Below, one piece after another: positions 18,686 through 28,800 of a DNA stretch of 64,000 nt. Position 1 is the first letter of the stretch, and each line of letters begins with the position of its first letter. The stretch lies in IMG/VR virus record IMGVR_UViG_3300018429_000002, positions 7,578 to 71,577 of that record, one strand, 5' to 3'. Source of the DNA: a virus. A program made the position numbers and the translations under genes. The notes under the pieces were generated by a model. It was given only the letters and a program-made list of their open reading frames with translations. It did not search any database and had not been told where the DNA came from.

Positions 18686-18975
18686 AAATTGACAACGTAA
18701 ACTTGCGAGTCATCAAGACGCAGGGAGACACAGAGGTGTTCATGACGGGCGATCATCCCGTAGTCAACACGGTCTTTCGTCTGCCGGCCAGCCTTGATTT
18801 GGAATCAGGGAACTATTCGGTGACTTTCACGAAAGTCGAGCCTCCATCGTCCCAGTTGGATCTAAGTAAGATGTCCAAGGCTGAACTGGTTGCCGAGGCG
18901 GAGCGATTAGGCTTGACGGTCGTTCCAGACGGGATGTCTAAATTGGACATCATTGCAGTTATTGAAGGCAAGTAG
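18682..18975 (+). CDS. hypothetical protein with HeH/LEM-like C-terminus
   Basis: LSKMSKAELVAEAERLGL...MSKLDII, similar to the 15793..16227 C-terminus. Confidence 0.55.
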   Translation: MKIDNVNLRVIKTQGDTEVFMTGDHPVVNTVFRLPASLDLESGNYSVTFTKVEPPSSQLDLSKMSKAELVAEAERLGLTVVPDGMSKLDIIAVIEGK

Positions 18976-18993
18976 CCTCAAGGAGGTGTCGCC

Positions 18994-19974
18994 ATCGGCA
19001 GAGCAAATGTTAATCGCAAGGTTCAAGTTGGCCCCGAGGTAACGAAGGGCACAGCCGTCGCCGCATCTAAGGTTCTTCCGTCGATGGACCTTCAGCTATC
19101 GCGCACGCTGGACGTGGCGAGGTTCCGCGCGCAGGGGTTCAAGACTGAAACAGCTACTCAGATAACCAAAGACTTTGGGTCCATCGCGCTACAGGGGCCG
19201 GTTAACTTTACTGAGATCGTTTACCCGCTTTCCACGATTGTTACGCCGGTGATAACAACCCCAGGCGGAGCCACGCTCGCCCGCAAATGGCTGTTTACCT
19301 TACTTGCAAGTGGTGCAGACGCTTTCACGACTCTAACCGTTCAGGAGGGCGATTCTACAGCGGCTGTGCAGATGGCCTATGCGCTTCTGACCGAACTTGG
19401 ATTCGATTTCGCGGAAGGCGGATCGACTCTCTCGGGTTCAGGGATTGGCAGATCTCCTACGACCGCATCGCTGACCGGTTCCCCGACTTCCATCGATCAG
19501 CTTCCTGGTGGCCCTCGTGGTGTAGATGTCTACATGGACGCAATCGGCGGAACCATCGGCACAACGAAAGTAGCAACGGCTAAACAGGCATCTTTCAAGA
19601 TTTCCAACAAGCAGGCCATGAACTGGGTTTTGAACACTACGTATCAATCGTTCATCGACACGGTTGAGACAGTTCCAACCCTCGACGCAATGTTTTCGAT
19701 GGAGTTCGATACACAGGCGCGGGCGCTTTATGACGCGGTTCTAGCTGCCTCGAATCCGATCAAGTTGATCCGCTTTCTGAGCACTGGGCCAATAATCGAG
19801 AGCACCACAGCCTACACGCTGAAGATTGACTTTGCGGCACAGGTCGTCGGGTTGGCGCAAACGGATCTCGAGGGGGTGTGGGGTTATCAGTTCACACTGC
19901 TTCCGCTTTACAGTTCAACCTTTGGCAACAAGGCTTGTGAGATTGAACTGATAACAAACTTGACCGCGCTTTAG
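18994..19974 (+). CDS. major tail tube protein, apparent ATC start
   Basis: AGGAGG at 18981-18986, in-frame ATC at 18994, N-terminal VQVGPEVTKGTAVAA typical of tail tube proteins; precedes chaperone and tape measure genes. Confidence 0.75.
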   Translation: MGRANVNRKVQVGPEVTKGTAVAASKVLPSMDLQLSRTLDVARFRAQGFKTETATQITKDFGSIALQGPVNFTEIVYPLSTIVTPVITTPGGATLARKWLFTLLASGADAFTTLTVQEGDSTAAVQMAYALLTELGFDFAEGGSTLSGSGIGRSPTTASLTGSPTSIDQLPGGPRGVDVYMDAIGGTIGTTKVATAKQASFKISNKQAMNWVLNTTYQSFIDTVETVPTLDAMFSMEFDTQARALYDAVLAASNPIKLIRFLSTGPIIESTTAYTLKIDFAAQVVGLAQTDLEGVWGYQFTLLPLYSSTFGNKACEIELITNLTAL

Positions 19975-19991
19975 ACTGAAAGGCCCACTGA

Positions 19992-20378
19992 GTGCCACTG
20001 AACAAATCAAGGGTTACAGATCGAACCGTACCAGTAAAGTTCTCGCTTATCTTGCGGAACGATGAAACAGGCGAAGTAGAAACAGAGGAAGTTTGCCCCA
20101 AGGTTCGTAGTCTTTCCTATGTTCGATGGCAGCAGTTATTCCCGCCTGATACAAACGGCGCAAGTCCCGACAAAGAGGTTTTGGCCCGCCAACTTTCCGA
20201 GGTAGTAGCCGATCTAGATATAGTTGACGACGACGGCAATCCCCTTGCTCCTACCATTGAAAACCTCAAAACCATCGATATGCCGGTGCTCAGCCAGTAC
20301 AGCGAGGCGATTCTCCGTTTTTTCGTGCCCAAGAGTGCGACCTCGACGAAGAACGGTTCCTCTTCCAGCGATTCTTAG
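19992..20378 (+). CDS. tail assembly chaperone (G)
   Basis: Between tail tube and tape measure genes; slippery T-TTT-TTC at 20318-20324. Confidence 0.8.
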   Translation: MPLNKSRVTDRTVPVKFSLILRNDETGEVETEEVCPKVRSLSYVRWQQLFPPDTNGASPDKEVLARQLSEVVADLDIVDDDGNPLAPTIENLKTIDMPVLSQYSEAILRFFVPKSATSTKNGSSSSDS

Positions 20379-20590
20379 GCAGTGGGGCGAAGGCCGGGAG
20401 AGCCCCAGACGATTTGTTCTGGATTGACATGGCGATACGGACGGGGATCCCACCCTCGGAATTACAGGAACGATGGACAAGGGAAGATTTCGAGCGAGTA
20501 ACGATGGTGATCGACGTAAGGGCAAGGGACGCCATGTGGCGAGCGGGTGCGCCAGTCCCGGCTTATCACTACAGGAAGATGGAGGACTAG
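20318..20590 (+). CDS. -1 frameshift extension of the tail chaperone (GT)
   Basis: The -1 frame is open from the slippery heptamer (FFRAQECDLDEE...MAIRTGIPPSELQERW...KMED) to TAG at 20588-20590, abutting the tape measure start. Confidence 0.8.
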   Translation, partial: FFRAQECDLDEERFLFQRFLGSGAKAGRAPDDLFWIDMAIRTGIPPSELQERWTREDFERVTMVIDVRARDAMWRAGAPVPAYHYRKMED

Positions 20591-23224
20591 GTGGCGACAT
20601 TAGGCCGGCTAACGACGGTATTTGATGCCGACACCGTCAAGTTTAAGGCGGGCTCCGCGGAAGTTCAAAAAGGACTTGCTGGCGTCGAGAAGTCCATCAA
20701 TAGCGTATCTAGTTCCGCCCGAGGCTTTGCCGGCGGCATCCTACCGGGACTCGCAAGCATTTCAGAAATCATTCAGGGAATTCCGCAGATCGGACGACTT
20801 GCAGGCGGGCTGATCCGTCCGCTAACCGATGCTGCAGAAGAAGGCATCCGTCTCAATATGGTTTTGGAGACGGCTAAAATAGGATTTGAGGGCGTTGCGG
20901 GAAGCGCGGAGAAGTCAGGAAAGCATATTGCTGCTTTGATGGCATTTGGGCAGTCTTCCCCCTTCAGATTTGAAGGACTATTAGAAGCCTCACGGTTCAT
21001 GACTGCCTTTGGTTTTGAACTTGACGAGCAGATTCCAAAATTAACAGTCTGGGGCAACGCGCTTGCCGCATCTGGTGAACTGTCAGCCTCCAAGGTTCAG
21101 GATGTGGTGCGAGCGTTTGGGCAAATGCGGATGGCGGGCAGAGTCAACGCTCAAGATATGAACCAGTTGACGAATGCAAATATTCCCGGCTGGGAATTGC
21201 TTGCAAAAGCCATTGGAAAGACCGTCGCACAAACGCGAAAACTTTCCGAGGCTGGAAAACTGGAAGGCAAGTCGGCGGTCGAAGCTATTACGGCGATGAT
21301 GGCCCAAGAGCCGCGCTTCAAGGACATGATGAAGCGCATGGAGGGAACGGGCGCAGGACGGCTAAGCGCCGCTCAGGACGTTATTCAGTTCGCCCAGGCT
21401 AAAGCAACGACATCGCTGACTCAGGATATTTCCACAACCTTGGGCGCGGCGCTTCAGAGACAGAACGTAGTTAGTGAATTGGCTGGCTCGATTAACAACG
21501 CTATCACGCCCGTTTCCGCATTGATAAGAACGGCGGCGGTTGGCGTTCTGGGAGGCGGATTAACGTCAGGATTTATCGAGGGAATTCAGGCCGGGAAGGA
21601 TGCGGTCAAGGCTGCGGTGGGTGACTTCGCGTTAGACGGCATCATTGGAACGGCAAAGGGCTGGCTGGGCATTCAATCCCCCTCCACAGTGTTCTATGAC
21701 ATGGGGCTAATGTCTGCGCAGGGCTTTGCTTTAGGACTACAAGAAGGATTCAGAGATAACCCAATAGTCAGAGAACTGGAAAAGCTGCTTGAAGATCCGC
21801 GAATGCGAGCATTTTTTGAAGCTATCAAAAAAGCTGAGGGCGGTTCATTAAATGTTATGGCCGGGGGCCGCAGAGTGGATTCCGGCGCTCAACATCCCGG
21901 CGAGGTGGTGCCTAAGTCTCAATGGTTTCGCGGCGACAAAGGCCGCAGTTCAGCCGCCGGGAACTACCAGATCACGCGGACAAACTGGCGTGTGATCGCC
22001 GCAGAGCTAGGCCTCGATAACTTCTCAGATCCGCATCAACAATTGCTGGCCGCTGTGAAGTTGTTTAGAGATCGCCGGGAAGGGGCGGGCGTCCAGGCAT
22101 TGCAAAGTGGTGACATCGTAGGAGCCCGTAATGTGGCGGCGCTAGATTGGACTTCGACTCCTGGTTCAAAGATTGGCGGTGGCGGTCAAGTTGGCGCAAA
22201 CAAGTGGATGGGTCATTACAATCAAGCACTGTCGTCGATGTCAGTTGGTGGTCGTGAAGTTTCGTCTAGTAATCCGTTCCCCGTTTACCTCGTTACCGGA
22301 GGCGTTGGGGGTAATGGTAGTCCCTTGATGTCGTTCGGCGCTCCTCAAAACGCAGAACGCTCGGGCGCAATGCGACCGGCTGGATTTACTGACCTGACTG
22401 ACGCGCAGGCCGGAATGGTCGTTGATCGATTCAAAGCCGCACGAGGCGAGGTCTTAGCCACAACTACCGCCGCCAATAACCTAACGATCTCATTCAAGGC
22501 AGTGGCAGAGGTCGCGGGAATAGCGGCAGAGCAAAGTCAGGGGCAGGCCTTAGCCGCAGGCGAATGGGCCAAGGTAGTTATTCAACAGACCGACGATCTG
22601 GGCACACGTCTGCGTGACATTTCAGACTCGTTACCAACATTTAGAGAGAACTTTAATGACATCGTTTCCGGCTTACCCGAAGGTCTGGGAAATATTTTTG
22701 GTGATGCCGTGCATGAGTGGGATCTAACCATGAAGGGATTTCTGACATCGCTCGGGCAAGGCGTGCAGCGGACACTATCGGACATTGCATCGATGGTGGC
22801 TTCAAGTGCTATTAAGAACGCCTTTGCCGAACTACTTGCGGGGTTATCATCGGGCGCGGGTAAAGGCGGATTCTGGGGCGGATTGCTTAAGACTATCTTT
22901 GGCGCTGCCGTTGGCGGGGCGGCGGGTGGCGCTGGGGGTGGCGGCGGGAGTGGATATGCGGGAATGGGTAACGTTTATGTTGGCGGGTACGCTTCTGGCG
23001 GTATCGTTCCAGGCGTAGATCGCGGATACGATTCCGTTCCGGCTATGCTTACACCCGGCGAGCTGGTTTTAACAAAGGAACAGCAGCGGGGAATGGGCCA
23101 GCAGGTCGTGAATAAGTATTACACGATTAATTTACCGCCCGCGCCTAACTCAAGCTATAACCCGCGACGTTCGGCAAGGCAGCACGCGGACATGGTTCTC
23201 GCCGCATTGCAGGGGGCGCAATAA
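20591..23224 (+). CDS. tape measure protein with embedded lambda-R-like lytic transglycosylase domain
   Basis: N-terminal tape-measure domain (SPF.F.GL, AFGQM...GRV.AQDMNQL...IP.WELLA); AFFEAI..AEG, SSAAGNYQ, DNFSD..Q, WTS.PG; C-terminal YASGG.VPG...DSVPAMLTPGELV. Confidence 0.92.
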   Translation: MATLGRLTTVFDADTVKFKAGSAEVQKGLAGVEKSINSVSSSARGFAGGILPGLASISEIIQGIPQIGRLAGGLIRPLTDAAEEGIRLNMVLETAKIGFEGVAGSAEKSGKHIAALMAFGQSSPFRFEGLLEASRFMTAFGFELDEQIPKLTVWGNALAASGELSASKVQDVVRAFGQMRMAGRVNAQDMNQLTNANIPGWELLAKAIGKTVAQTRKLSEAGKLEGKSAVEAITAMMAQEPRFKDMMKRMEGTGAGRLSAAQDVIQFAQAKATTSLTQDISTTLGAALQRQNVVSELAGSINNAITPVSALIRTAAVGVLGGGLTSGFIEGIQAGKDAVKAAVGDFALDGIIGTAKGWLGIQSPSTVFYDMGLMSAQGFALGLQEGFRDNPIVRELEKLLEDPRMRAFFEAIKKAEGGSLNVMAGGRRVDSGAQHPGEVVPKSQWFRGDKGRSSAAGNYQITRTNWRVIAAELGLDNFSDPHQQLLAAVKLFRDRREGAGVQALQSGDIVGARNVAALDWTSTPGSKIGGGGQVGANKWMGHYNQALSSMSVGGREVSSSNPFPVYLVTGGVGGNGSPLMSFGAPQNAERSGAMRPAGFTDLTDAQAGMVVDRFKAARGEVLATTTAANNLTISFKAVAEVAGIAAEQSQGQALAAGEWAKVVIQQTDDLGTRLRDISDSLPTFRENFNDIVSGLPEGLGNIFGDAVHEWDLTMKGFLTSLGQGVQRTLSDIASMVASSAIKNAFAELLAGLSSGAGKGGFWGGLLKTIFGAAVGGAAGGAGGGGGSGYAGMGNVYVGGYASGGIVPGVDRGYDSVPAMLTPGELVLTKEQQRGMGQQVVNKYYTINLPPAPNSSYNPRRSARQHADMVLAALQGAQ

Positions 23225-23955
23225 TGGCCGTTGTATACCTCTTTGATGAGATTCTTTTGGATCCTGATATCTTCGTTGCGGGTGGGGCGTTGGGTGGCCC
23301 AACCTACAGCAACACAATGGCGCGCAATGCTCAGACAGGCATCCGCAAGGTGAATATTGGAAGGCTAGACTTTCAGCAGGAGTGGAATGTCCAAACTGAA
23401 CTAATGACACCCGCTCGCCTTGCCTACTTCATGAATTTCTGGGGTGGTGGCTACGGCTCGGGCTATGGCTTTCGAGCCGTGATCGTCTCTGACTTCTACA
23501 TGATCGACGAGGTGATCGGAATAGGCGACGGAGCACAGACGATCTTTCCGATAGTTAAAAAGTACATGCGCCCAGGCGCGAGCCACTCATACTCTCGACG
23601 CATTATCAAGCCGGTCGTGAATTCGCTTTTAGCGGTGGGTGGAGTTTCGCTATTTGAGCCAAACGGATCTACATCCCGAGTGATTCCAAGCGTGAGAGGG
23701 CAAGGGCAAAACGTCCCAGCATTCACCGTCAAACTTAACGATACGCCCACGGCTGCTTACACTGTAAACAACGTCACGGGCAACCTGATCATGACTTCCG
23801 CGCCGGGAGTAGGCGTGCTAGTCAAGGTGTCTTGTGAGTTCGACACTCCCGTCAGATTCTTGAATAACGCGGTTCAGATGAAACCCGACACGGCGAGCGA
23901 AATGAGCGGATTACAACTGGGAGAAATCTTGCCCGCCGAACTTGGGATAGCCTAA
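23224..23955 (+). CDS. distal tail protein (DUF2460-like, GTA-type)
   Basis: GA.GGP.YS, IG.GDG..T.F.I.K.Y, R.I.KPV, FDTPVRF motifs. Confidence 0.85.
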   Translation: MAVVYLFDEILLDPDIFVAGGALGGPTYSNTMARNAQTGIRKVNIGRLDFQQEWNVQTELMTPARLAYFMNFWGGGYGSGYGFRAVIVSDFYMIDEVIGIGDGAQTIFPIVKKYMRPGASHSYSRRIIKPVVNSLLAVGGVSLFEPNGSTSRVIPSVRGQGQNVPAFTVKLNDTPTAAYTVNNVTGNLIMTSAPGVGVLVKVSCEFDTPVRFLNNAVQMKPDTASEMSGLQLGEILPAELGIA

Positions 23956-24518
23956 TTCCGTCGATCTATTATTTTCCGAGCCTCTAGAGCGGCCCCCTTG
24001 TATTTTTGAGCATACATTGCCAGGAGAGCATCGCAAGCGGCGGAACTTCTGAGCCTGCGACGCTGGGCAAGAATCTCAGTTTCTCTAGCACTCTTACCTA
24101 TAGCCTCCCCCAATATTTCAAAAGCGGGAACCCCAATATCAGACAACGCAATGAGATTTAGATATACCGCATCGTCTCTGCCGTTTTTTAGCGAAGCCAT
24201 TCGCCCTACCAATTCTGAGTAGCCCTGATCGTTAAAGTCTAACGCTGCCGCCATGTCGCCACATGGGGTGAGGATTAACATAATCTGCTTCGGCTTAAAT
24301 CCCGCAACGATTAGCCGCTGCGAAATGCCAATCAACCCGGACTGATACGGAGTCTCGCTGGAGTAGGCAGCGAGTTGCGCCGCAAGGTACTCAGCTTCGG
24401 GCTTAGATTTTAGTAGTCGAGTAAAGAGTGGTATCGCGTCCTGAGCAGATGTCTGACCATTTGCGAGAGTTGGAAACGAGAGCAGCAGAATCGCCAACGT
24501 CAATATGAAGGCTTTCAT
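23952..24518 (-). CDS. exported stand-alone tape-measure N-terminal-domain protein (candidate superinfection exclusion)
   Basis: Signal peptide MKAFILTLAILLLSFPTLANG; mature part aligns by eye with tape-measure residues ~100-250; own promoter. Confidence 0.75.
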   Translation of the reverse strand: MKAFILTLAILLLSFPTLANGQTSAQDAIPLFTRLLKSKPEAEYLAAQLAAYSSETPYQSGLIGISQRLIVAGFKPKQIMLILTPCGDMAAALDFNDQGYSELVGRMASLKNGRDDAVYLNLIALSDIGVPAFEILGEAIGKSARETEILAQRRRLRSSAACDALLAMYAQKYKGAALEARKIIDRRN

Positions 24519-24529
24519 AGTTAGCGGAG

Positions 24530-24559
24530 ATGCTACGCCTCCAGGTATCCGCCTGTCAA
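24530..24559 (-). promoter_or_regulatory. sigma70 promoter of the antisense moron
   Basis: TTGACA-N18-TAGCAT, 11 nt upstream of the ATG at 24518. Confidence 0.7.
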
Positions 24560-24598
24560 AAAACTTAAACCCTCGTTTCCCTCTACACTTGGCATCCG

Positions 24599-25426
24599 AT
24601 GCCAGTATCCGCAGAGTTAATTGACCATCTCGCTTCAAATTGCACCTTCCTTTGTGCTATCTGGAAAATGACAGCGGCGGATGGGACGGTTGCCGCCTAC
24701 GCTGCTCACACGCGGAGCCTGACCTTTGACTCCCAACTCTACACCGCCGCCCCGGTTGAGCCTACCCGCTTCTCCCGAACCCTCGGCGTCTCGAAAGCCG
24801 ATCACGTTGAACTATTCGGAATCTTTGACGACATCGTGACAGAGGAAGACGTTCAGGGTGGAAGATGGAAAAACGCCAAGATAGTTTTCGAGTATGTGAA
24901 CTATTTGGATCTGACAATGGGTTCAGTGGGTCGCATGAAAGGTCAAGCCGGAAAATTCACGATCAACAACGGGACATTCAACGTTGAACTTCGCTCGCTT
25001 TCCGATCTGCTCAGTCAAGAGATAGGCCAACTCACGAGCCCGCTCGATCGTCGCCGCCGTCTGGAAGATTTAGGCATCGACACCGCCCCGTTTATCTTCG
25101 CCCGAACAGTCACAGCAGTTGCGGATCGGATGAATTTCACGGTAGGCGGAACGGCTAAAGATGACAATTACTTCCAGTATGGACGGGTAGTTTGGAGCGG
25201 TGGAGACAACGAAGATTTAGAGATGGAGATCAAGGCGAATGTTGGTAACGCAATTGAACTTCAGTTGCCAATGCTGAACGCGATCGAAGTGGGCGACACC
25301 GTTGATCTCTATGCCGGATATGACGGCACAAGGGAAATGTGCAGAGATAAATTTAACGCAATGGAAGGCTTTGACGGCGAATGCGATCTTCCCGGAATTA
25401 AAGGGGTCATAACGTTTCCAGAATGA
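24599..25426 (+). CDS. baseplate hub protein (DUF2163/BR0599-like)
   Basis: W.MT..DG.....H..SL.FD, YFQYG.V.W..G.N, GYD.T...C..KF.....F.G...PG motifs. Confidence 0.88.
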   Translation: MPVSAELIDHLASNCTFLCAIWKMTAADGTVAAYAAHTRSLTFDSQLYTAAPVEPTRFSRTLGVSKADHVELFGIFDDIVTEEDVQGGRWKNAKIVFEYVNYLDLTMGSVGRMKGQAGKFTINNGTFNVELRSLSDLLSQEIGQLTSPLDRRRRLEDLGIDTAPFIFARTVTAVADRMNFTVGGTAKDDNYFQYGRVVWSGGDNEDLEMEIKANVGNAIELQLPMLNAIEVGDTVDLYAGYDGTREMCRDKFNAMEGFDGECDLPGIKGVITFPE

Positions 25427-25863
25427 GCACGCTAGCTGAAAGAATTGTTACCGAGGCTGAGGGCTATGTCGGCACTCCCTTTTTGCATCAGGGGAGACTG
25501 AAAGGCCTTGGGATCGACTGCGCCCACTTTGTTGCGAACGTGATCAACGCGGCCCGTGCTAATACGCCAGACATCAAAATTCCTCACGACTACAGACGGC
25601 GAGAAGATGGCACAATCATGATGGGGCTACTTGGGGCTAACGCAGACTTTGTGCCTACCGAAGAAAGGCAACCGGGCGACGTGCTGGCCTTGTGTGATGA
25701 AGCGTTGCGATTTCCTGGCATTCCCCGACACTTAGCCTTCGTTAAAGAAGTCACGCCGAAAACCACGTTTATCATTCACGCATCCGAGCACGGAGTTAGA
25801 TCGCACCGCATGGACGCGAGATGGATGCGGCGGATTCATTCTGTGTGGAGGGCGCACGAATGA
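25423..25863 (+). CDS. NlpC/P60 tail-tip peptidase
   Basis: GTPFLHQGR..G.GIDC, PGDVL, HLAF, IIHA. Confidence 0.9.
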   Translation: MSTLAERIVTEAEGYVGTPFLHQGRLKGLGIDCAHFVANVINAARANTPDIKIPHDYRRREDGTIMMGLLGANADFVPTEERQPGDVLALCDEALRFPGIPRHLAFVKEVTPKTTFIIHASEHGVRSHRMDARWMRRIHSVWRAHE

Positions 25864-28800
25864 TGATTCGAGAGGCGATAGAAAGATACAAAGAGATCGC
25901 CGCTAAGAAACGAGCGGAACTTGACGCCGCTTTAGAAGCGGGCCAAGTAGCCGATCCTGTCTCTATCGGAATTTCAATAGCGATCTCCGTGGCACTCTCT
26001 GCCGCGTCATACTTAGTTGCAACTGCTCTTGCTCCAAAGCCTCCACGTCAACAGCAAGGGAAGTTAGCCGGATCGCTTCAGTTGATGAACTCCGAACAGG
26101 GATTGTTCATTCCTGAAATCTACGGAGCAGGCCCAGAAGTAACTTTAGTCACTGGGGCGAATCCAACATGGCAGAATCTTACAAACACTACAGGGGGCGC
26201 TGACGGCTCGATAACGAAGACAGGCGGCTCGCCCACCGCTTACGATGCGGGAGCAAGCCACAACGTCTCTGTGACTGCAGGAGATGCCTTTATCGAGGTG
26301 ATTGCGGGCACGGGGCCAGCCTCTGTGGGGTTTGTTACGACCGCATCACCTACGATTGACGATGATTTACTTTTCGGCGTGCAGTGGCATTCTGAGGGTA
26401 CTTGTCATGTAAACATCGGCGGGGCAAATTATCCCGTTGGACACTGGACAACCGGCGACACGTTCCGGGTCGAGATCCGTAAAGGGCGCTTTCGTCTGTT
26501 CAAGAATTCTGCTGAGTTGTCTCGCTTCTCTGCTCCGGTTCCCACTGTGGTTTATCCCCTTCACCTTGGGATCATCATGTATGCCTCGGGCGCGGGAGTA
26601 TCGAACACAAAGGTCAAGATTGCGGATATTGGAGAACCACCGAATGCCGGGCGGGGCGGGGTGAAGGTTCCAGCGATGATCGTCTGGACTTCCCGTATAA
26701 GAAAAAACGTTTCAGTCACTCAGCAACCAGTACAGGGAGGCAAAGGCGGAGGATCGCGAAGTCAAACGATTGAGAACATAACCTACGACATTGATGTCCG
26801 CCTGAACTATGCCAATTACGGTCCACACAGACTCATTCGAGAGTATGGCAACGCAGACATTCTGATCGATCAATACACACAATCAGCGAATCCCACCGGA
26901 GTCCATGATCCGACTATTGATCCCGACGCTCCTTACGATCCAACCGCCCCGCCGGATCCACAGCCGGATTATCCGACACCTATTGCGCGGGTCAACGCTG
27001 ATATTGACTTCGATGGTGACGACGTAGGAACTGGAGCAATTCAAGCGGGCGGGTCTTCGTTCGCGGTCTACCCTGGTAATGACACTCAAGACCCTGATCC
27101 CACCGAAGAAGGGGACGTTGATGCGCGGTATGGTGCTGGATCAACGCCTGCACATAGAAACCGCTCGGGAATCGTCCACAAGCAGTTTGACTTGTCTCGA
27201 TGGTCGGGAATGGTTCCAAACTTCACAGCCGCATGGGAGCACACCGTACTGAAGACGATTGACGCGATCTTTGCATCGTTCTGCGAGCGCGTAAACGTCT
27301 TAGCGGCGGATGATGATTATGACTTCACTGGACTCTCGGAAATTGCTTCTCGGGGAATGTTGATTTCGGGCCGGCTGTTCAAACCGTCAGAGGTGATCGA
27401 CTCGCCGGAAATTCAACTTGCCTATAACTACTTTGTGACCGAAGCGGAAGGCCAGATTATTGGCTACGAGGAAGGTGACGAGCCAACACTTGAGATTGAT
27501 GACACAGAAGTGGGCTGGTTGGACGGTGAGGCAGATGTCCCTGACATCATTCCCGAACTGGAGTCTTTGTTAGTTTCAGAGATTTCCTTGCCTCGCCAGA
27601 TAGACGTTAAATCCATTGATCCCGACGATGACTGGGACGCGACGACGGCTAGTGCGCAGAGGCAAGTTACCGAAGGCGTCAGCACGGAATTACTTGAGAT
27701 CGCGATCACGCAACTGGCAGAAGAACGGAGGGCAACGGCTCAGAGAGCTTTGTATCGAAGGCACGCATCCAACGCGGGGCACAAATTCACTCTACCCTGG
27801 ACCTATCTCTATATTTACCCAGGCTACAGATTGATAATTAATCGGGCGGAAGGCTTTACCCACACTTTGCGACTAACCTCAGTCTCTGGTGGTATTGGCG
27901 TGCTGGATTGTGAGGGGGTCGCATTACAGCCTGCCGTATTCAATCAACCTGCTACCGGACCAAACGGCCCAGGTAATCCGCCGCCTCAACAGATTCCCGC
28001 CATGACCGTGATGTCTTTGCTTGATACTCCGTTATTGAGAGAAGAAGACGCTGGCAAGGTTGGACAGTATGTTGTCGGGACTCCTCGGACTGGATTCAAT
28101 CAGGCTTGGCGAGGATTTGGCCTCGTGATGTTCAAGAACAACGAGTGGATCCCGAAAGCTAGCTCAGAATTACCGGGCACGATTGGAACAGTGGTCAGCG
28201 TGACGGGACTCTCTGACGATCCTGAAACCATCGATCTCGTTGGTGAAATCGTTGTTGACCTGTACGGAACAACTCAAACCCTTTCGAGCGTGACTGAACC
28301 GGACATTGAGGGCGGCGCGAATCTTGGATTGTTCGGAAACATGCTGGGCAACTTTGCCGACGCAACGCAGGAAGCAGGATTCCCAAATCGCTGGACGCTA
28401 ACCACGTTATTGAATGGGCAGAAAGACACGGTGGCTTATATCAACGAGGTGGCAGCGGGCGATCGCTTTGTCCTGATCAATGAAGCGGTCAAGTTCTTTT
28501 CGATGGAACTGGAAGACCTCAACACCGAGTTTGATTATCGGGCCATCACTGTCGGGCAGTCATTAGATGACGCGGCAACGATTCCGTTTACATGGACTGG
28601 TGGAACGGTTCGAGATCGCACGGTCTCAGGCGTGGTTATCGTTACGGATGAAAGCGATGACACCTTGGTTTGGTTTACGGGACGCCCACGACCCGGCGAC
28701 TTAAACGCGAGATATGTTGTAGAGGTATGGGCTGATACTGGCCGAAGCGATCCGGCTGAACTTTTAGGGACTCTCCCGGTAGAAGAAGTCTCTACGCATC

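Noticed and set aside
24519-24638. 40-codon N-terminal extension of the antisense tape-measure-like ORF
   Set aside because: It would run through the gene's own promoter and overlap the hub gene; ATG 24518 gives a clean signal peptide.
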